Source: Babesia bigemina | Taxonomy: Eukaryota | Length of the DNA: 64,000 bases | Direction: 5' to 3' | Assembly (NCBI RefSeq): GCF_000981445.1 | Contig: NC_027218.1 | Coordinates: forward strand, 3,348,001 to 3,412,000 | Part shown: one piece after another, positions 55,201-64,000 of the stretch | Position numbering within the stretch: position 1 is the stretch's first letter | How the letters are laid out: the number at the start of each line of letters is the position of its first letter | Position numbers and translations under genes: made by a program | The notes under the pieces: generated by a model | What the model was told of the DNA's origin: nothing | The model's input: the letters and a program-made list of their open reading frames with translations, nothing else | The model's database searches: none

Positions 55201-55243
55201 CCAGGTGACCAAGGCTAATGAGCTTGGAGTCAATGTCATTCAA
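49241..55243 (-). CDS. Large ves/VESA-like variant surface antigen (class X tail); 5' end uncertain
   Basis: 2000-aa ORF with ISLGHLAGQLGGFVG N-terminal block, GIVYSDLDRLCD, TM and LAKISYLQP tail. The ORF opens on TTG; first in-frame ATG at 54697. Confidence 0.85.
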   Translation of the reverse strand: MNDIDSKLISLGHLAGQLGGFVGQSDSVKKAVKNAIIAKINSTEELKNVYSSLVTTLSESVKSGVQAGDTKKISELNKLVTAEIQRLNDQLSKPNNLNNNSPSSPSPSADPAKLQSKLEALEKVKELCEFYENFKNHPNEPKNILVNLCSGLETFLGFNPSSKGYDGSGIVYSDLDRLCDGVMGFLSGVLSNIKEHLGQHKETITPVIKVLDTNKHAGKKGFNAAIAEVVAGVRGYNGKVKTSNDLVKTAIKNLQRGMKNYKKEELQTKLPNIIDKERPMTSTEKNLTQASSLVDQCQKYAKDFITAVDINTKTDATKNAIKDLNPKLRDTIENVRKNMQHESKRLKELSSKESKDLEATEDKIKKTLSSLKVNVDCRIDAQMKELIKKLSERVQKILKELKSIEKQLLDYVKELYTWLEDARKLINEADKEVDIILKQVNEPAEREPENKRKEIEKKVQEIGDGIDARIVELTKWNAAGTEAVQKAKQKCTEIGEMVETESAGSDKIYKLAETMKEKAEKLRKAAEHIKGNIGTWVKDALTQVKEMDGKLKEDLWKVKEAVEGQVTEIKNKIGKLYDKFDTNGGVHDNGKTVGKLIEHLRAQLKDITGSVGVRGKPTKGLMGMVSGVRWTYVEGFKGRFTNAVSTMVDNILKSERGVKKYVDFYIAQNQKKGALSKQDVTQEVNKQITQQLQALVEMTHDKANGDVVKDLHAVEKCLTDFSKNLDGKVTSIVSAVGKATLSAANLCDETAKYHLESAIHIIVDTLKQATEKAATEIKTFITDSKIDELAAASNAAEQLEEKLGQALARGSGEESAATAVDTSITGVTEELKKHFPADSDSKVTLETKTTFKQYNGYVDQTKMGGALEGTSAEGSLPKAIGNIETQVTDKLKENNLGSEIDEQNTFTAPFSQITSKLKEIAGLIDSEKKDPGPAPGDGQKNGVNNYLNDITSMLGQVSTVNLTSDIKEKHTDVQGLAHIQSELQKLHIQVPQVTNLLMQLCSTVGNNAYYAKKSLTQLKNEYFVKSTEAKNSILKIYSQLDDLHNEIKVGPIHDAEEFLKFAEQAEQHFSKILKEQVENDIKDAEKALTSHARWQYVDSIKFLLQAFAEKAQDELSPLPKLIDTDLTIGFKGFMKAVEGEVTEGKTTGQNIEKLSSLAADPVDSAERKNKVFAKLSSNFKAFWSPLASYVNKEIVRLNEEENKKKHPVVKDVYGYHGQLITIYDTFNELMAHIHRTHRYDHILPGMLDKVDAALSSLKPDGFAKPSSPVIDGLIAGLTHFIGEMRRVYISAYDSETFGGELVKNPQREKSELTKEGRNVAKTFLTLLATLFHDLDRLRGECRSLSKQKINQSTDLGRTMRGLGYSVSVDKQDGELQNKETVLGENVYKRILWPIKEADGNEHLERCESRDHVRNDKFHLLDILNCICSHVEEYNQVSHCATFAAKRQPCSVFEMLIWFAGLPYNNAYAELKSDGFTDLLDNPAKPLTDDDDIIVYDMDSFYIDACPRKFTYKNIRTVLHHICTKSYDILCAIGGHGDADTIYGSDYCNNSFGMKYPQSGGDCLQMFLDVLRRILPPLRYLFKRCGVKADQFGWSDCLYGRDVATGKSQCNEHSSDKPKCQPTSPLMSYLNDCLPGHLPHQVSAIGCKAECKTCPTSKPGMPCLTPLGFRGFSGSTRKGWDLYEILSYFFGTNLISSLLCVVTIPPSTLPEHFGFALSLVNKWHESGTHLIKDAFHLSTLSRSIGLYDQTATLTDALRNAYGSTQNGHPNREVKCADLSSLSTSTASAEQTAYTAPYLHSLCYDAYYYVAKKHVNAYLSWALYLPWDLHKYLENLHDALKHIFCRDWGCSTCLLADKCKKGEHGIIEGACKCSSVVSCRGVMPTLYKYGFVFEDAKSLTASEKTCFAFIQQVQNVIRSTYFTELFDRCDEFLFVIRAPFLWMTVALWSLSLFYLICVMVGRLDVLHIRSHLRTPSSHKITAQSLLAAAQVGRLAKISYLQP

Positions 55244-55345
55244 GGCTCTTATAGTAGCATCGTCAGTGAGAAAATGGTCACTATCAACAAGTTATTAGGA
55301 TGGTTTAAAGAGGTCATAGCGTTAATAAGACAAGGTAATTCGAGG

Positions 55346-55690
55346 GATGTGGAGTGGGTAAAGGGGCGATGTAGAGTGGGTTAAGGAGCGATGTAGAGTG
55401 GGTTAAGGGGCGATGTAGAGTGGATAAGGGAGCGATGTAGCGTGGGTTAGGGAGCGATGTAGAGTGGGTAAAGGAGCGATGTAGAGTGGGTAAAGGGGCG
55501 ATGTGGAGTGGGTAAAGGGGCGATGTAGAGTGGATAAAGGGGCGATGTGGAGTGGGTTAGGGAGCGATGTACAGTGGATTAGGGAGCGATGTTGAGTGGG
55601 TAAGGGAGCGATGTAGAGTGGATTAAGGAGCGATGTAGCATGGGTAAAGGGGCGATGTAGCATGGGTAAAGGGGCGATGTAGAGTGGGTA
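55346..55690 (+). repeat. 22-bp G-rich satellite, ~0.35 kb
   Basis: Direct reading. Confidence 0.95.
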
Positions 55691-55704
55691 ATAATCACCA
55701 CTTG

Positions 55705-56205
55705 TGTCACTGCCATCGCTCCCGTGACCATGTCATCGCTGCCGTGACCATCAACTGTCATCGCTGCCGTGACCATGTCATCGCTGCCGTAACCATGACA
55801 CCGCTGCCGTGTTGATGTCATCGCTGCCGTGACCATGTCATCGCTGCCGTGACCATGACATCGCTGCCGTTACCAAGTCATCGCTGCCGTGTCCATGTCA
55901 TCGCTGCCGTGACCATGTCATCGCTGCCGTAACCATGTCATCGCTGCCGTGACCATGTCATCGCTGCCGTGACCATGTCATCGCTGCCTTGACCATGTCA
56001 TCGCTGCCGTGACCATGTCATCGCTGCCGTGACCATCAACTTGGTAACCATGTCATCGCTGCCGTGACCATCAACTTGGTCAGGTGCTTGGTCAACACGT
56101 TGGTCAGCACCTTGGTCACCACTTTGGTCACCACTTTGGTCATGGCATTGGTCACCACTCTGGTCATGGCATTGGTCAGCACTTTGGGCAGCATCTTGAT
56201 CAGCA
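55705..56205. repeat. 20-bp array (to ~56070) then 12-bp repeats
   Basis: Direct reading. Confidence 0.9.
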
Positions 56206-56331
56206 TTTTAGTTTACTGTTACACAATCACATACAACGATTAATGAGTGATACAACAGATTAAAGCACAATTCATAAGTTAGGTGAGTAGGTGATGCTAG
56301 GTGAGTGTAGACAGTAAACACGTGAGTACGC

Positions 56332-59300
56332 TTATGGTTGTAGATAAAACACCCTGCCCAGTTTGTTAACACGTGCCGCGGCGAGTAGTGATTGAGCAGC
56401 GATGCGATGCGACGAGGGACTATGCAAATGCGATTTGATGTGGAGCAGGTCGAGGCGGATGACCATGATGTGGAGGAGGTAGAGGAAGGAGAGGAGCCAG
56501 AGAGCGAGGACAAGGTAGGAGAAGGGTTGTCTGATGATCCAGAGGAATTCGTCGCAAGCTTCGAACAGCTTCTTGAAATATTCCGAATTCAACACATTCT
56601 TCAACTGACTACAGAAATCAGAGCATGTTTTCGCTGATTGTTTCGCGCATAATGCTGATGCATTTCCAAATGCAAAGCCGTAGTTATACAATGTTGATGA
56701 AACACCTTTGCAGTCGACGATTGATGTGCAGTGACATGGAGGCTTTGCTTCACCATGGGATCCTCTCTTACAGCTGTCCGCTCTCAAACATCCACGACAA
56801 CCCCAATCCTGACAGAAGATTTCTTTGAATGCTTTGAGCAGATTTTGGAGATAATTGTGGAAATCCCAAGGAAGGTAGAGAGCCCAGGACAGGCACGCGC
56901 CCGAATTCTTCAACGCAATATGACTATATACATCATCGTATAGGGAGTAGAGATAGGGCGCGCATTGATTACCGGAACATTTAATTTGCATTGACAGACT
57001 TGATACATCAGCTGATTCGGCACTGGGATGGAAAGCACCGTGGTCACTCTGACTGCTACCGTAAGCGCTGCTGATCGCGCTGGTAAAACCGTGCGGCGTT
57101 TTGCAGAGGCTAATGGACACCTTGTCGATTGATGAATGGATTTTATCCTTAAGGCCATGCTTGCGATTGCTCTGCCACTGCTTAGCCAGAGATAGCGAGA
57201 AGCTCAAGTGTTCAGCCAACGTTTTAGGAGGTTTAGGTTGAAGGCAGAATAGAGATGTCGTTTTGACATGGCAGAAGAACTCTTCGAGGATGTCGCATAT
57301 ATCACGACCCGTTTTAGTCGACCCGGAGAATGCCCTAAAACCTAGCGGAGTCAAGCAAGGCATTCCAGGTGTGGAGTTAGAGCAGGATGAACATTTATAA
57401 CTGCAGCCTACATCGGTGATTTGATGCGGCAAATGTCCTGGTAAACAGTCATTTAAGTATGATTGAAGAGGTGATGTTGGTTGGCAATTTGGTTCGCAAG
57501 TTGCCTGGCACTTTGGTTGACTGTTTGGCTGGCACGTTGGTTTACACTTCAAGTGTACTTTGCACGGCTGCTTGGATGTGTTCACATCTCTGCCGTAGTA
57601 ACAGTCACGCCAGCCGTTGTGCTGGACGGTTAGGCTGCACTGCCGTTGTAAAAAGTTAAACACGGCGAATAACCTGCGAAGTATGTCAAGAAGCATATCA
57701 AGGCACGCGGATGGATCGGTTGGGTAACGTAACTTAAATGAATTGTCACAGTATTCGGAAGCATAATGAGTCTCCGCGTCGCCGTGGCCAACAACGGTGG
57801 TAATGACGTCATATGATTTTGAACAAATATGTGTAAGTGCGTTAGCTATATCATTGTATCTGATGGGTTGTGGATATGCCGCAAGCGAATCTACGGCGGT
57901 ATCCGTTACTGTGATTTCCTCGTCGCCGGCATCATCGGCGTTCGGATCTTCGAGCAGTGAAGGTAGCACGTCGTGCAGCAGCGAGTCATAAACACGTCGG
58001 TAAGACAGCCCAGTCAGCCATATGCACATCTCGTAGACATTGCACGGTGACCTAGGCTTGGAAATATGAGTGAAGTGACACATTTCATTGTACGTTTCTA
58101 GGAAATTAAATAGTCTTACGACTGGGCCTTCTTGCTTTCTGAAATAGTCAGCACAAGCTTCCATATTTTTGAATTCACTGGGGTCTTTATTAAATTCTCC
58201 ATAAGGTTTGAATCCGTTAAATAACCTCCCAGTGACGCCCAGTGTTGTCAGAGTTGAATCCAGATTGCACAATTCGTAGCCCGATCGCTTCAAATATTTC
58301 TGCAGTGCATTATCATACTTCGCATCTTCGCCCTTGATAGTGTACTTTTTCCAATTTCTGGCGCCGGTGTAGAACAACTCGTAAAGGTATTGGTACAGAG
58401 TATAAACCACTGTGACGCAAACCCTTGCACCGTTCCTCCCATCAGTTGTCAGGATCTTATTATCATCAGCCGTATCTTTAGTTTTTTGCTCTGCCTTTTT
58501 AGGACCATCCATCAACCAATCGTTGATGGCCTTACATCCGTCATACCTGCTGATGTACGCTTTTCTCATCTCTATCATAAAAGCGTTCAGTCCTAGACAG
58601 ATACAGTCCAGTGTTGGAGTTGTGATTTTTGAGAAACATTCGGGTGTCAAATATGCGAGCGCATCAGTCAGCTTATCAAGTTTATTGGGTACATTGTGAT
58701 CGTAATTATGCGTCGCACAAAAATGACCAAGCAAGTCATGAAGCAATGTACTGGCAGCCTCTAGCCTTGTAGAGTAGGGATCTTGTAACTCAGGAAGCAG
58801 GTCATCGTTCTCTGCATTGATATATTTACCCACCGTTTTAATCTCTTTCTGAACGTAATCCTTCACCGGACCCCAAAACCTAGCGAATGCAAAAGAGAGC
58901 CCCTCAAATTTCAAATCATCGTTATGAGTAACGACGTGGCTCGTAAACATATCACCAAACGTTTTCATAAATCCCTTAAACCCGACCTCTAGATCTTTAT
59001 TTATATACCCTGGAAGCGGTTTTAATACATCGGCCACTTTATTAACAAACTGTTCCACCAGCAGTTTGATGGAGGAAACATAATTTTTACGGGCTTCAAT
59101 GGTAAGCGCGTCGTTGGTATCTCTGAATAAATTATAGATGTGCTCTTTGAGTTGTCGTATCACTGTCGTCTTTTCTCTGTCAGCAATACTATCGACAAAG
59201 TCTGTAGCAGAATGAATGGCATTCTGTAAATCAACGCTCTGAAGCCTAGAAAGCTGAGAGTGAAGTTGTTGTAAACTTTCTTTATCACCGGTAACGGTGT

Positions 59301-62028
59301 GACCGATTGCTATTCGCAACTCATTTAACTTATTTTTTGCACTATCCTTGTCAGTTTCCGCCAGATGTTTTATAGCGTCACACATGGCGTCAAGGCTGTC
59401 AGTAATGGCACAAGCGTTACGTGATATCTCATCCTTTGCTTGGACGGCAATAATTCCAAGTCCAATCAGATTGTTATCAATATGTTTCAGCTTACTTATA
59501 ACAGGTTCTTCAAGTGCCGCCTGCAATTTGTCAATACCCTTTTTAACTGCTTCGTAGAGGAGAGTACCGAGTTGTGCGTCGGCATCACTGACTTTTGCCG
59601 CAATCTGTTTAACACCCTGCGCGAAACTACCTTCTGACGGCTGGGGAGCACCTGGATTAGTAGCCGCTTCGACAGCCTCCGTAAGCGAGTCATACAGATT
59701 TGTAGCCACACCGAGCGCATCGTCGACTTTTTTTAGATTACCCTCTTTATCGCCTTCACTAATGAGCCACTTAAGATCGACGGAGTGTTTCCTAGCAATA
59801 CCTACCAGCTGATTGAGAGTATATTTGACGGCATTTATGAATTGAATTGTAGGATTAACACTTTTTTTCGGTTGTATCATGATGCCGTCATCATTATGGA
59901 TTTGCGTAGCTATATTCTTGACAAACGTATCACCACTATCACTTTCCACCTGCTTAATCCGCTGCCCAAGTCGCTGCACAAACATATCGATACCACTGTG
60001 CACCACTTCTACATGTCCCTTAATTTTACCAACATTCGTTTCGCCGTTGAGGCCTTGAATTCCTTCTTCTATTTTTTTGCCGGCTTCTTGTATAAAATTG
60101 GCGTTAAGATGACTTTTAAAAACAGCAGCCACATTAGCTCTTTTGACATCCAAATCTACTCGAACGTACGTTTTGATAAGCTTCTTCACAATCTCATCTT
60201 TATCCAATATATCAGCCACCCACTTCTCCACTTGTTCCCCAAACTTATCCGCCCCGTTAAAATCGGCCGCCCACTTCTTCACTTCGGCTTCAACTTTTTT
60301 CAGACCACCATTTTCGTTTGCACCTTTTATACCTTCAACTAACTTGTTAATACCCCCGAGCATTCCTCCAACGTGTGTCTTAACATTCGTCGCAATCGTC
60401 CCTTTGAAACTCTCTATATCAGACAACAACCATCCATCAGCGCTACGTACAAAACCAGATAGCCGTTTAGGGACAGCTTCTTCGACGGTTTCATGAAGCT
60501 TTTTAAGCCGTCCTAACACTCCACCGTTCTCACCTTTTGCACCCAGTCCGTCCTTGCCTTTAATGAGTTCGCAGACATCATTGTACTTCACTTTCAAATC
60601 TGTGAATTGCTTATGCAACTTCCCGACTTGCTCGCCTATATCCTTCGACACCTTCACAATGTCTTTTTTATTATGCGCATTACCTCCATCAACTTTTTCT
60701 AATATAGTTTCAACTCTCCTCCAGGCGGTTTTCACAATCTCGTCCGATACGTGAATCCATTTTTGCAGGTCCAAAAGATAATTCTTTAAGGCATGTTGTA
60801 TTATTTCAAGATGATTCTTCATATCCTTAACTTTAAATCTCAAATAGTAGACATAGCGCTCTATATCCTCCTTTATTTTTATGCCAATACTCTTTTCGAG
60901 GTTTGTTAGAATTTTTTGAATTTTATAATACAACCCCTGCCAATCCATTCGCTCTTTGTCGGTCAAGGCTGTAAGCCTATCGGTCTCATGCTGGACTGCA
61001 TTCAACGCTACAAGAACACTGTCACGTAGTCTGTCATTAAGATCATTAATAGATGTTCTCATGTCTATATTAAAATCATTATCGTCTAAGTTATAAGTAT
61101 CATTAAAATTCTTAGCATACTGCTTACACTTCTGCAACTGCTCGTCCACTTGAGTCTTCTCCCCAGTGAAGTCATGGCCCTGCGCAGGATTATTTGTATC
61201 AATTGCACTTACCGCTGTTTTTAGTTCTCCCATCTTATCTTGAAGTGTACTTATAGGATCTCTAACTTTTTTATTAGACTCCTTAACACTCTCATTATAC
61301 TCCCTCACCTTCCTCGCCACCTGCTCAATGACCTTAAAACCCTCACGCCCGGTGGATAAATTGTTATTAAGCATTTCAACAGCTTCATTTAGTTTTTCTT
61401 TACCCACCTTGTAAGGCTGTTTCTCGCTGACATCCTTAAGCACCTGATACAAAAACGCCACCACCGCATCACACAGCCTGTCAAGATCGGAGTAGACAAT
61501 GCCCTGGCCAGTGTAGCCTTTGGAGTCAGAGTTGAAGCCGAGGAATTTTTCGAGGCCGGTGCAAAGATTCTCTAAAAGCTTTTTACAATCATCAGACTTA
61601 TTTTTTTCAGTAAAAATGCTAAGCTTACTTTCAAGATCTTTAAGTTGTTTCTCACGCTCTTCAATGTCCTGCAAGGCTTTCTTAGTAGCAGAGTCCTGAT
61701 TACGGGAGTGGGAATCGGAGCATGAATTTACAGCATTTTTGTATAGCTCTAAATTTGATTCATTTTTAGATTTTTGAGATGGATCGGATTTTTCATGTTG
61801 GTCAATTAGCTTCTGAAAATGCTGGCAAGTGGACTCATTTCCCTTATACTTAACAGGGCATTCAAGTTTAGATTTCTCAGCATTAAGGGACTTTTCAGCA
61901 TTATTTATTGCATCATCAATCAACTTTTTCAAAGCTTGAGACAACTTGGTAAGACCATCACCATTCCCATACCTAACCTGGATCAACCAGTCGATGGACT
62001 CAGTCAGAAGGGAAGGAAAGGGTGACAA
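56332..62028 (-). CDS. Large ves/VESA-like variant surface antigen (class Y tail); 5' end uncertain
   Basis: 1898-aa ORF with ESIDWLIQV..GNG VESA1-type N-terminal motif, GIVYSDLDRLCD, TM and KLGRVFYLQP tail. First in-frame ATG only at 61374. Confidence 0.85.
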   Translation of the reverse strand: MSPFPSLLTESIDWLIQVRYGNGDGLTKLSQALKKLIDDAINNAEKSLNAEKSKLECPVKYKGNESTCQHFQKLIDQHEKSDPSQKSKNESNLELYKNAVNSCSDSHSRNQDSATKKALQDIEEREKQLKDLESKLSIFTEKNKSDDCKKLLENLCTGLEKFLGFNSDSKGYTGQGIVYSDLDRLCDAVVAFLYQVLKDVSEKQPYKVGKEKLNEAVEMLNNNLSTGREGFKVIEQVARKVREYNESVKESNKKVRDPISTLQDKMGELKTAVSAIDTNNPAQGHDFTGEKTQVDEQLQKCKQYAKNFNDTYNLDDNDFNIDMRTSINDLNDRLRDSVLVALNAVQHETDRLTALTDKERMDWQGLYYKIQKILTNLEKSIGIKIKEDIERYVYYLRFKVKDMKNHLEIIQHALKNYLLDLQKWIHVSDEIVKTAWRRVETILEKVDGGNAHNKKDIVKVSKDIGEQVGKLHKQFTDLKVKYNDVCELIKGKDGLGAKGENGGVLGRLKKLHETVEEAVPKRLSGFVRSADGWLLSDIESFKGTIATNVKTHVGGMLGGINKLVEGIKGANENGGLKKVEAEVKKWAADFNGADKFGEQVEKWVADILDKDEIVKKLIKTYVRVDLDVKRANVAAVFKSHLNANFIQEAGKKIEEGIQGLNGETNVGKIKGHVEVVHSGIDMFVQRLGQRIKQVESDSGDTFVKNIATQIHNDDGIMIQPKKSVNPTIQFINAVKYTLNQLVGIARKHSVDLKWLISEGDKEGNLKKVDDALGVATNLYDSLTEAVEAATNPGAPQPSEGSFAQGVKQIAAKVSDADAQLGTLLYEAVKKGIDKLQAALEEPVISKLKHIDNNLIGLGIIAVQAKDEISRNACAITDSLDAMCDAIKHLAETDKDSAKNKLNELRIAIGHTVTGDKESLQQLHSQLSRLQSVDLQNAIHSATDFVDSIADREKTTVIRQLKEHIYNLFRDTNDALTIEARKNYVSSIKLLVEQFVNKVADVLKPLPGYINKDLEVGFKGFMKTFGDMFTSHVVTHNDDLKFEGLSFAFARFWGPVKDYVQKEIKTVGKYINAENDDLLPELQDPYSTRLEAASTLLHDLLGHFCATHNYDHNVPNKLDKLTDALAYLTPECFSKITTPTLDCICLGLNAFMIEMRKAYISRYDGCKAINDWLMDGPKKAEQKTKDTADDNKILTTDGRNGARVCVTVVYTLYQYLYELFYTGARNWKKYTIKGEDAKYDNALQKYLKRSGYELCNLDSTLTTLGVTGRLFNGFKPYGEFNKDPSEFKNMEACADYFRKQEGPVVRLFNFLETYNEMCHFTHISKPRSPCNVYEMCIWLTGLSYRRVYDSLLHDVLPSLLEDPNADDAGDEEITVTDTAVDSLAAYPQPIRYNDIANALTHICSKSYDVITTVVGHGDAETHYASEYCDNSFKLRYPTDPSACLDMLLDILRRLFAVFNFLQRQCSLTVQHNGWRDCYYGRDVNTSKQPCKVHLKCKPTCQPNSQPKCQATCEPNCQPTSPLQSYLNDCLPGHLPHQITDVGCSYKCSSCSNSTPGMPCLTPLGFRAFSGSTKTGRDICDILEEFFCHVKTTSLFCLQPKPPKTLAEHLSFSLSLAKQWQSNRKHGLKDKIHSSIDKVSISLCKTPHGFTSAISSAYGSSQSDHGAFHPSAESADVSSLSMQIKCSGNQCAPYLYSLYDDVYSHIALKNSGACLSWALYLPWDFHNYLQNLLKAFKEIFCQDWGCRGCLRADSCKRGSHGEAKPPCHCTSIVDCKGVSSTLYNYGFAFGNASALCAKQSAKTCSDFCSQLKNVLNSEYFKKLFEACDEFLWIIRQPFSYLVLALWLLSFLYLLHIMVIRLDLLHIKSHLHSPSSHRIAAQSLLAAARVNKLGRVFYLQP

Positions 62029-62089
62029 GGCACAAGTTATTGTAATGGTTTAGAAAGGTCATAGCGGTATTATGGCGGGGTAATTCAAG

Positions 62090-63968
62090 CGATGTAGAGT
62101 GGATAAAGGGGCGATGTAGAGTGGATAAAGGGGCGATGTAGAGTGGGTTAAGGGGCGATGTAGAGTGGGTTAAGGGGCGATGTAGAGTGGGTTAAGGGGC
62201 GATGTAGAGTGGGTAAAGGGGCGATGTAGAGTGGGTAAAGGGGCGATGTAGAGTGGGTTAAGGGGCGATGTAGAGTGGATGAAGTGGCGATGTGGAGTGG
62301 ATAAGGGGCGATGTAAGGTGGATAAAGGGGCGATGTAGAGTGGGTTAGGGAGCGATGTGGAGTGGATAAGGGGCGATGTGGAGTGGATAAGGGGCGATGT
62401 AGAGTGGGTTAGGGAGCGATGTAGAGTGGGTAAAGGGGCGATGTAGAGTGGGTAAAGGGGCGATGTAGAGTGGGTAAAGGGGCGATGTAGAGTGGGTTAA
62501 GGAGCGATGTGGAGTGGACTAAGGGGCGATGTAGAGTGGGTAAGGGGCGATGTAAGGTGGGTTAGGGAGCGATGTAGAGTGGATAGAGGGGCGATGTAGA
62601 GTGGGTTAAGGAGCGATGTAGAGTGGGTAAGGAGCGATGTAGAGTGGATAAAGGGGCGATGTGGAGTGGGTTAGTGAGCGATGTAAAGTGGATAAGGGAG
62701 CGATGTAGAGTGGGTAAAGGGGCGATGTAGAGTGGGTTAGGGAGCGATGTAGAGTGGATTAAGGAGCGATGTAGAGTGGGTAAAGGGGCGATGTAGAGTG
62801 GGTAAAGGGGCGATGTAGAGTGGATAAGGGGCGATGTGGAGTGGGTTAAGGGGCGATGTAGAGTGGGTAAAGGAGCGATGTAGAGTGGGTTAAGGGGCGA
62901 TGTAGAGTGGATAAAGGAGCGATGTGGAGTGGGTAAGGGAGCGATGTAGAGTGGGTTAGGGAGCGATGTAGGGTGGATAAAGGGGCGATGTAGAGTGGAT
63001 TAGGGAGCGATGTAGAGTGGGTTAGGGAGCGATGTGGAGTGGATAAAGGGGCGATGTAGAGTGGGTTAAGGGGCGATGTAGAGTGGATAAAGGGGCGATG
63101 TAGAGTGGGTTAGGGAGCGATGTAGAGTGGGTTAGGGAGCGATGTAGAGTGGGTAAAGGGGCGATGTAGAGTGGGTAAAGGGGCGATGTAGAGTGGGTAA
63201 AGGGGCGATGTGGAGTGGGTTAAGGGGCGATGTAGAGTGGATAAAGGAGCGATGTAGAGTGGATAAAGGGGCGATGTATAGTGGATAAAGGAGCGATGTA
63301 AGGTGGGTTAGGGAGCGATGTAGAGTGGGTTAAGGGGCGATGTAGAGTGGATAAAGGAGCGATGTAAGGTGGTAAAGGGGCGATGTAGAGTGGGTTAAGG
63401 GAGCGATGTAGAGTGGGTTAGGGAGCGATGTAGAGTGGATAAAGGAGCGATGAAGAGTGGATTAAGGGGCGATGTAGAGTGGATAAGGGAGCGATGTAGA
63501 GTGGGTTAGGGAGCGATGTGGAGTGGGTTAAGGGGCGATGTAGAGTGGGTTAGGGAGCGATGTAGAGTGGGTAATGGAGCGATGTAGAGTGGATAAGGGA
63601 GCGATGTAGAGTGGGTTAGGGAGCGATGTGGAGTGGGTAAAGGGGCGATGAAGAGTGGGTTAGGGAGCGATGTAGAGTGGGTTAGGGAGCGATGTAGAGT
63701 GGATAAAGGGGCGATGTAGAGTGGATTAAGGGGCGATGTGGAGTGGGTTAGGGAGCGATGAAGAGTGGGTTAAGGGGCGATGTAGAGTGGGTAAAGGGGC
63801 GATGTAGAGTGGGTTAGGGAGCGATGTAGAGTGGGTTAGGGAGCGATGTAGAGTGGGTAAAGGGGCGATGTAGAGTGGGTAAAGGGGCGATGTGGAGTGG
63901 GTTAGGGAGCGATGTAGAGTGGATAAGGGAGCGATGTAGGGTGGGTTAGGGGGCGATGTAGAGTGGAT
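62090..63968 (+). repeat. 22-bp G-rich satellite, ~1.9 kb
   Basis: Direct reading. Confidence 0.95.
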
Positions 63969-64000
63969 GATAATCACCACTTAGGTCATCAACTTGGTCG

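Noticed and set aside
62090..63968. True telomere
   Set aside because: TTAGGG is embedded in a 22-bp unit rather than forming a pure short repeat. The arrays are interstitial and followed by other sequence.

Overview
Eukaryotic, most likely piroplasm (Babesia sensu stricto, B. ovata/B. bigemina-like) DNA. The taxon is inferred from ~37-nt GT-AG introns and ves/VESA-like proteins. The window starts in the 3' end of a housekeeping gene (mitochondrial Rieske Fe-S protein) and then enters a variant-surface-antigen region. That region holds a decayed ves-like fragment and two + strand paralogs of a large low-complexity ves-related gene, the second a pseudogene. It also holds five large minus-strand ves-like genes of two C-terminal classes and four small Cys-rich single-TM genes, each trailed by orphan TM/cytoplasmic-tail cassettes. 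Five satellite families (22, 20, 12, 24 and 75/76 bp) separate these genes in a fixed order. Highlights: (1) an apparently full-length, ORF-intact ~4.2-kb R4/Dong-like non-LTR retrotransposon (RT + CCHC + restriction-like endonuclease, 3' stem-loop, (TTTAA)n tail, ATTTAA target duplication) inserted in a variant-antigen gene, in a lineage generally thought to lack transposons; (2) the 75/76-bp satellite reads on the minus strand as a tandem intron + mini-exon array (3-19 copies) in front of each Cys-rich gene; (3) interchangeable and chimeric TM/tail cassettes; (4) telomere-like G-rich 22-bp arrays directly upstream of every large ves-like gene. All calls are from reading the sequence; no searches were run.
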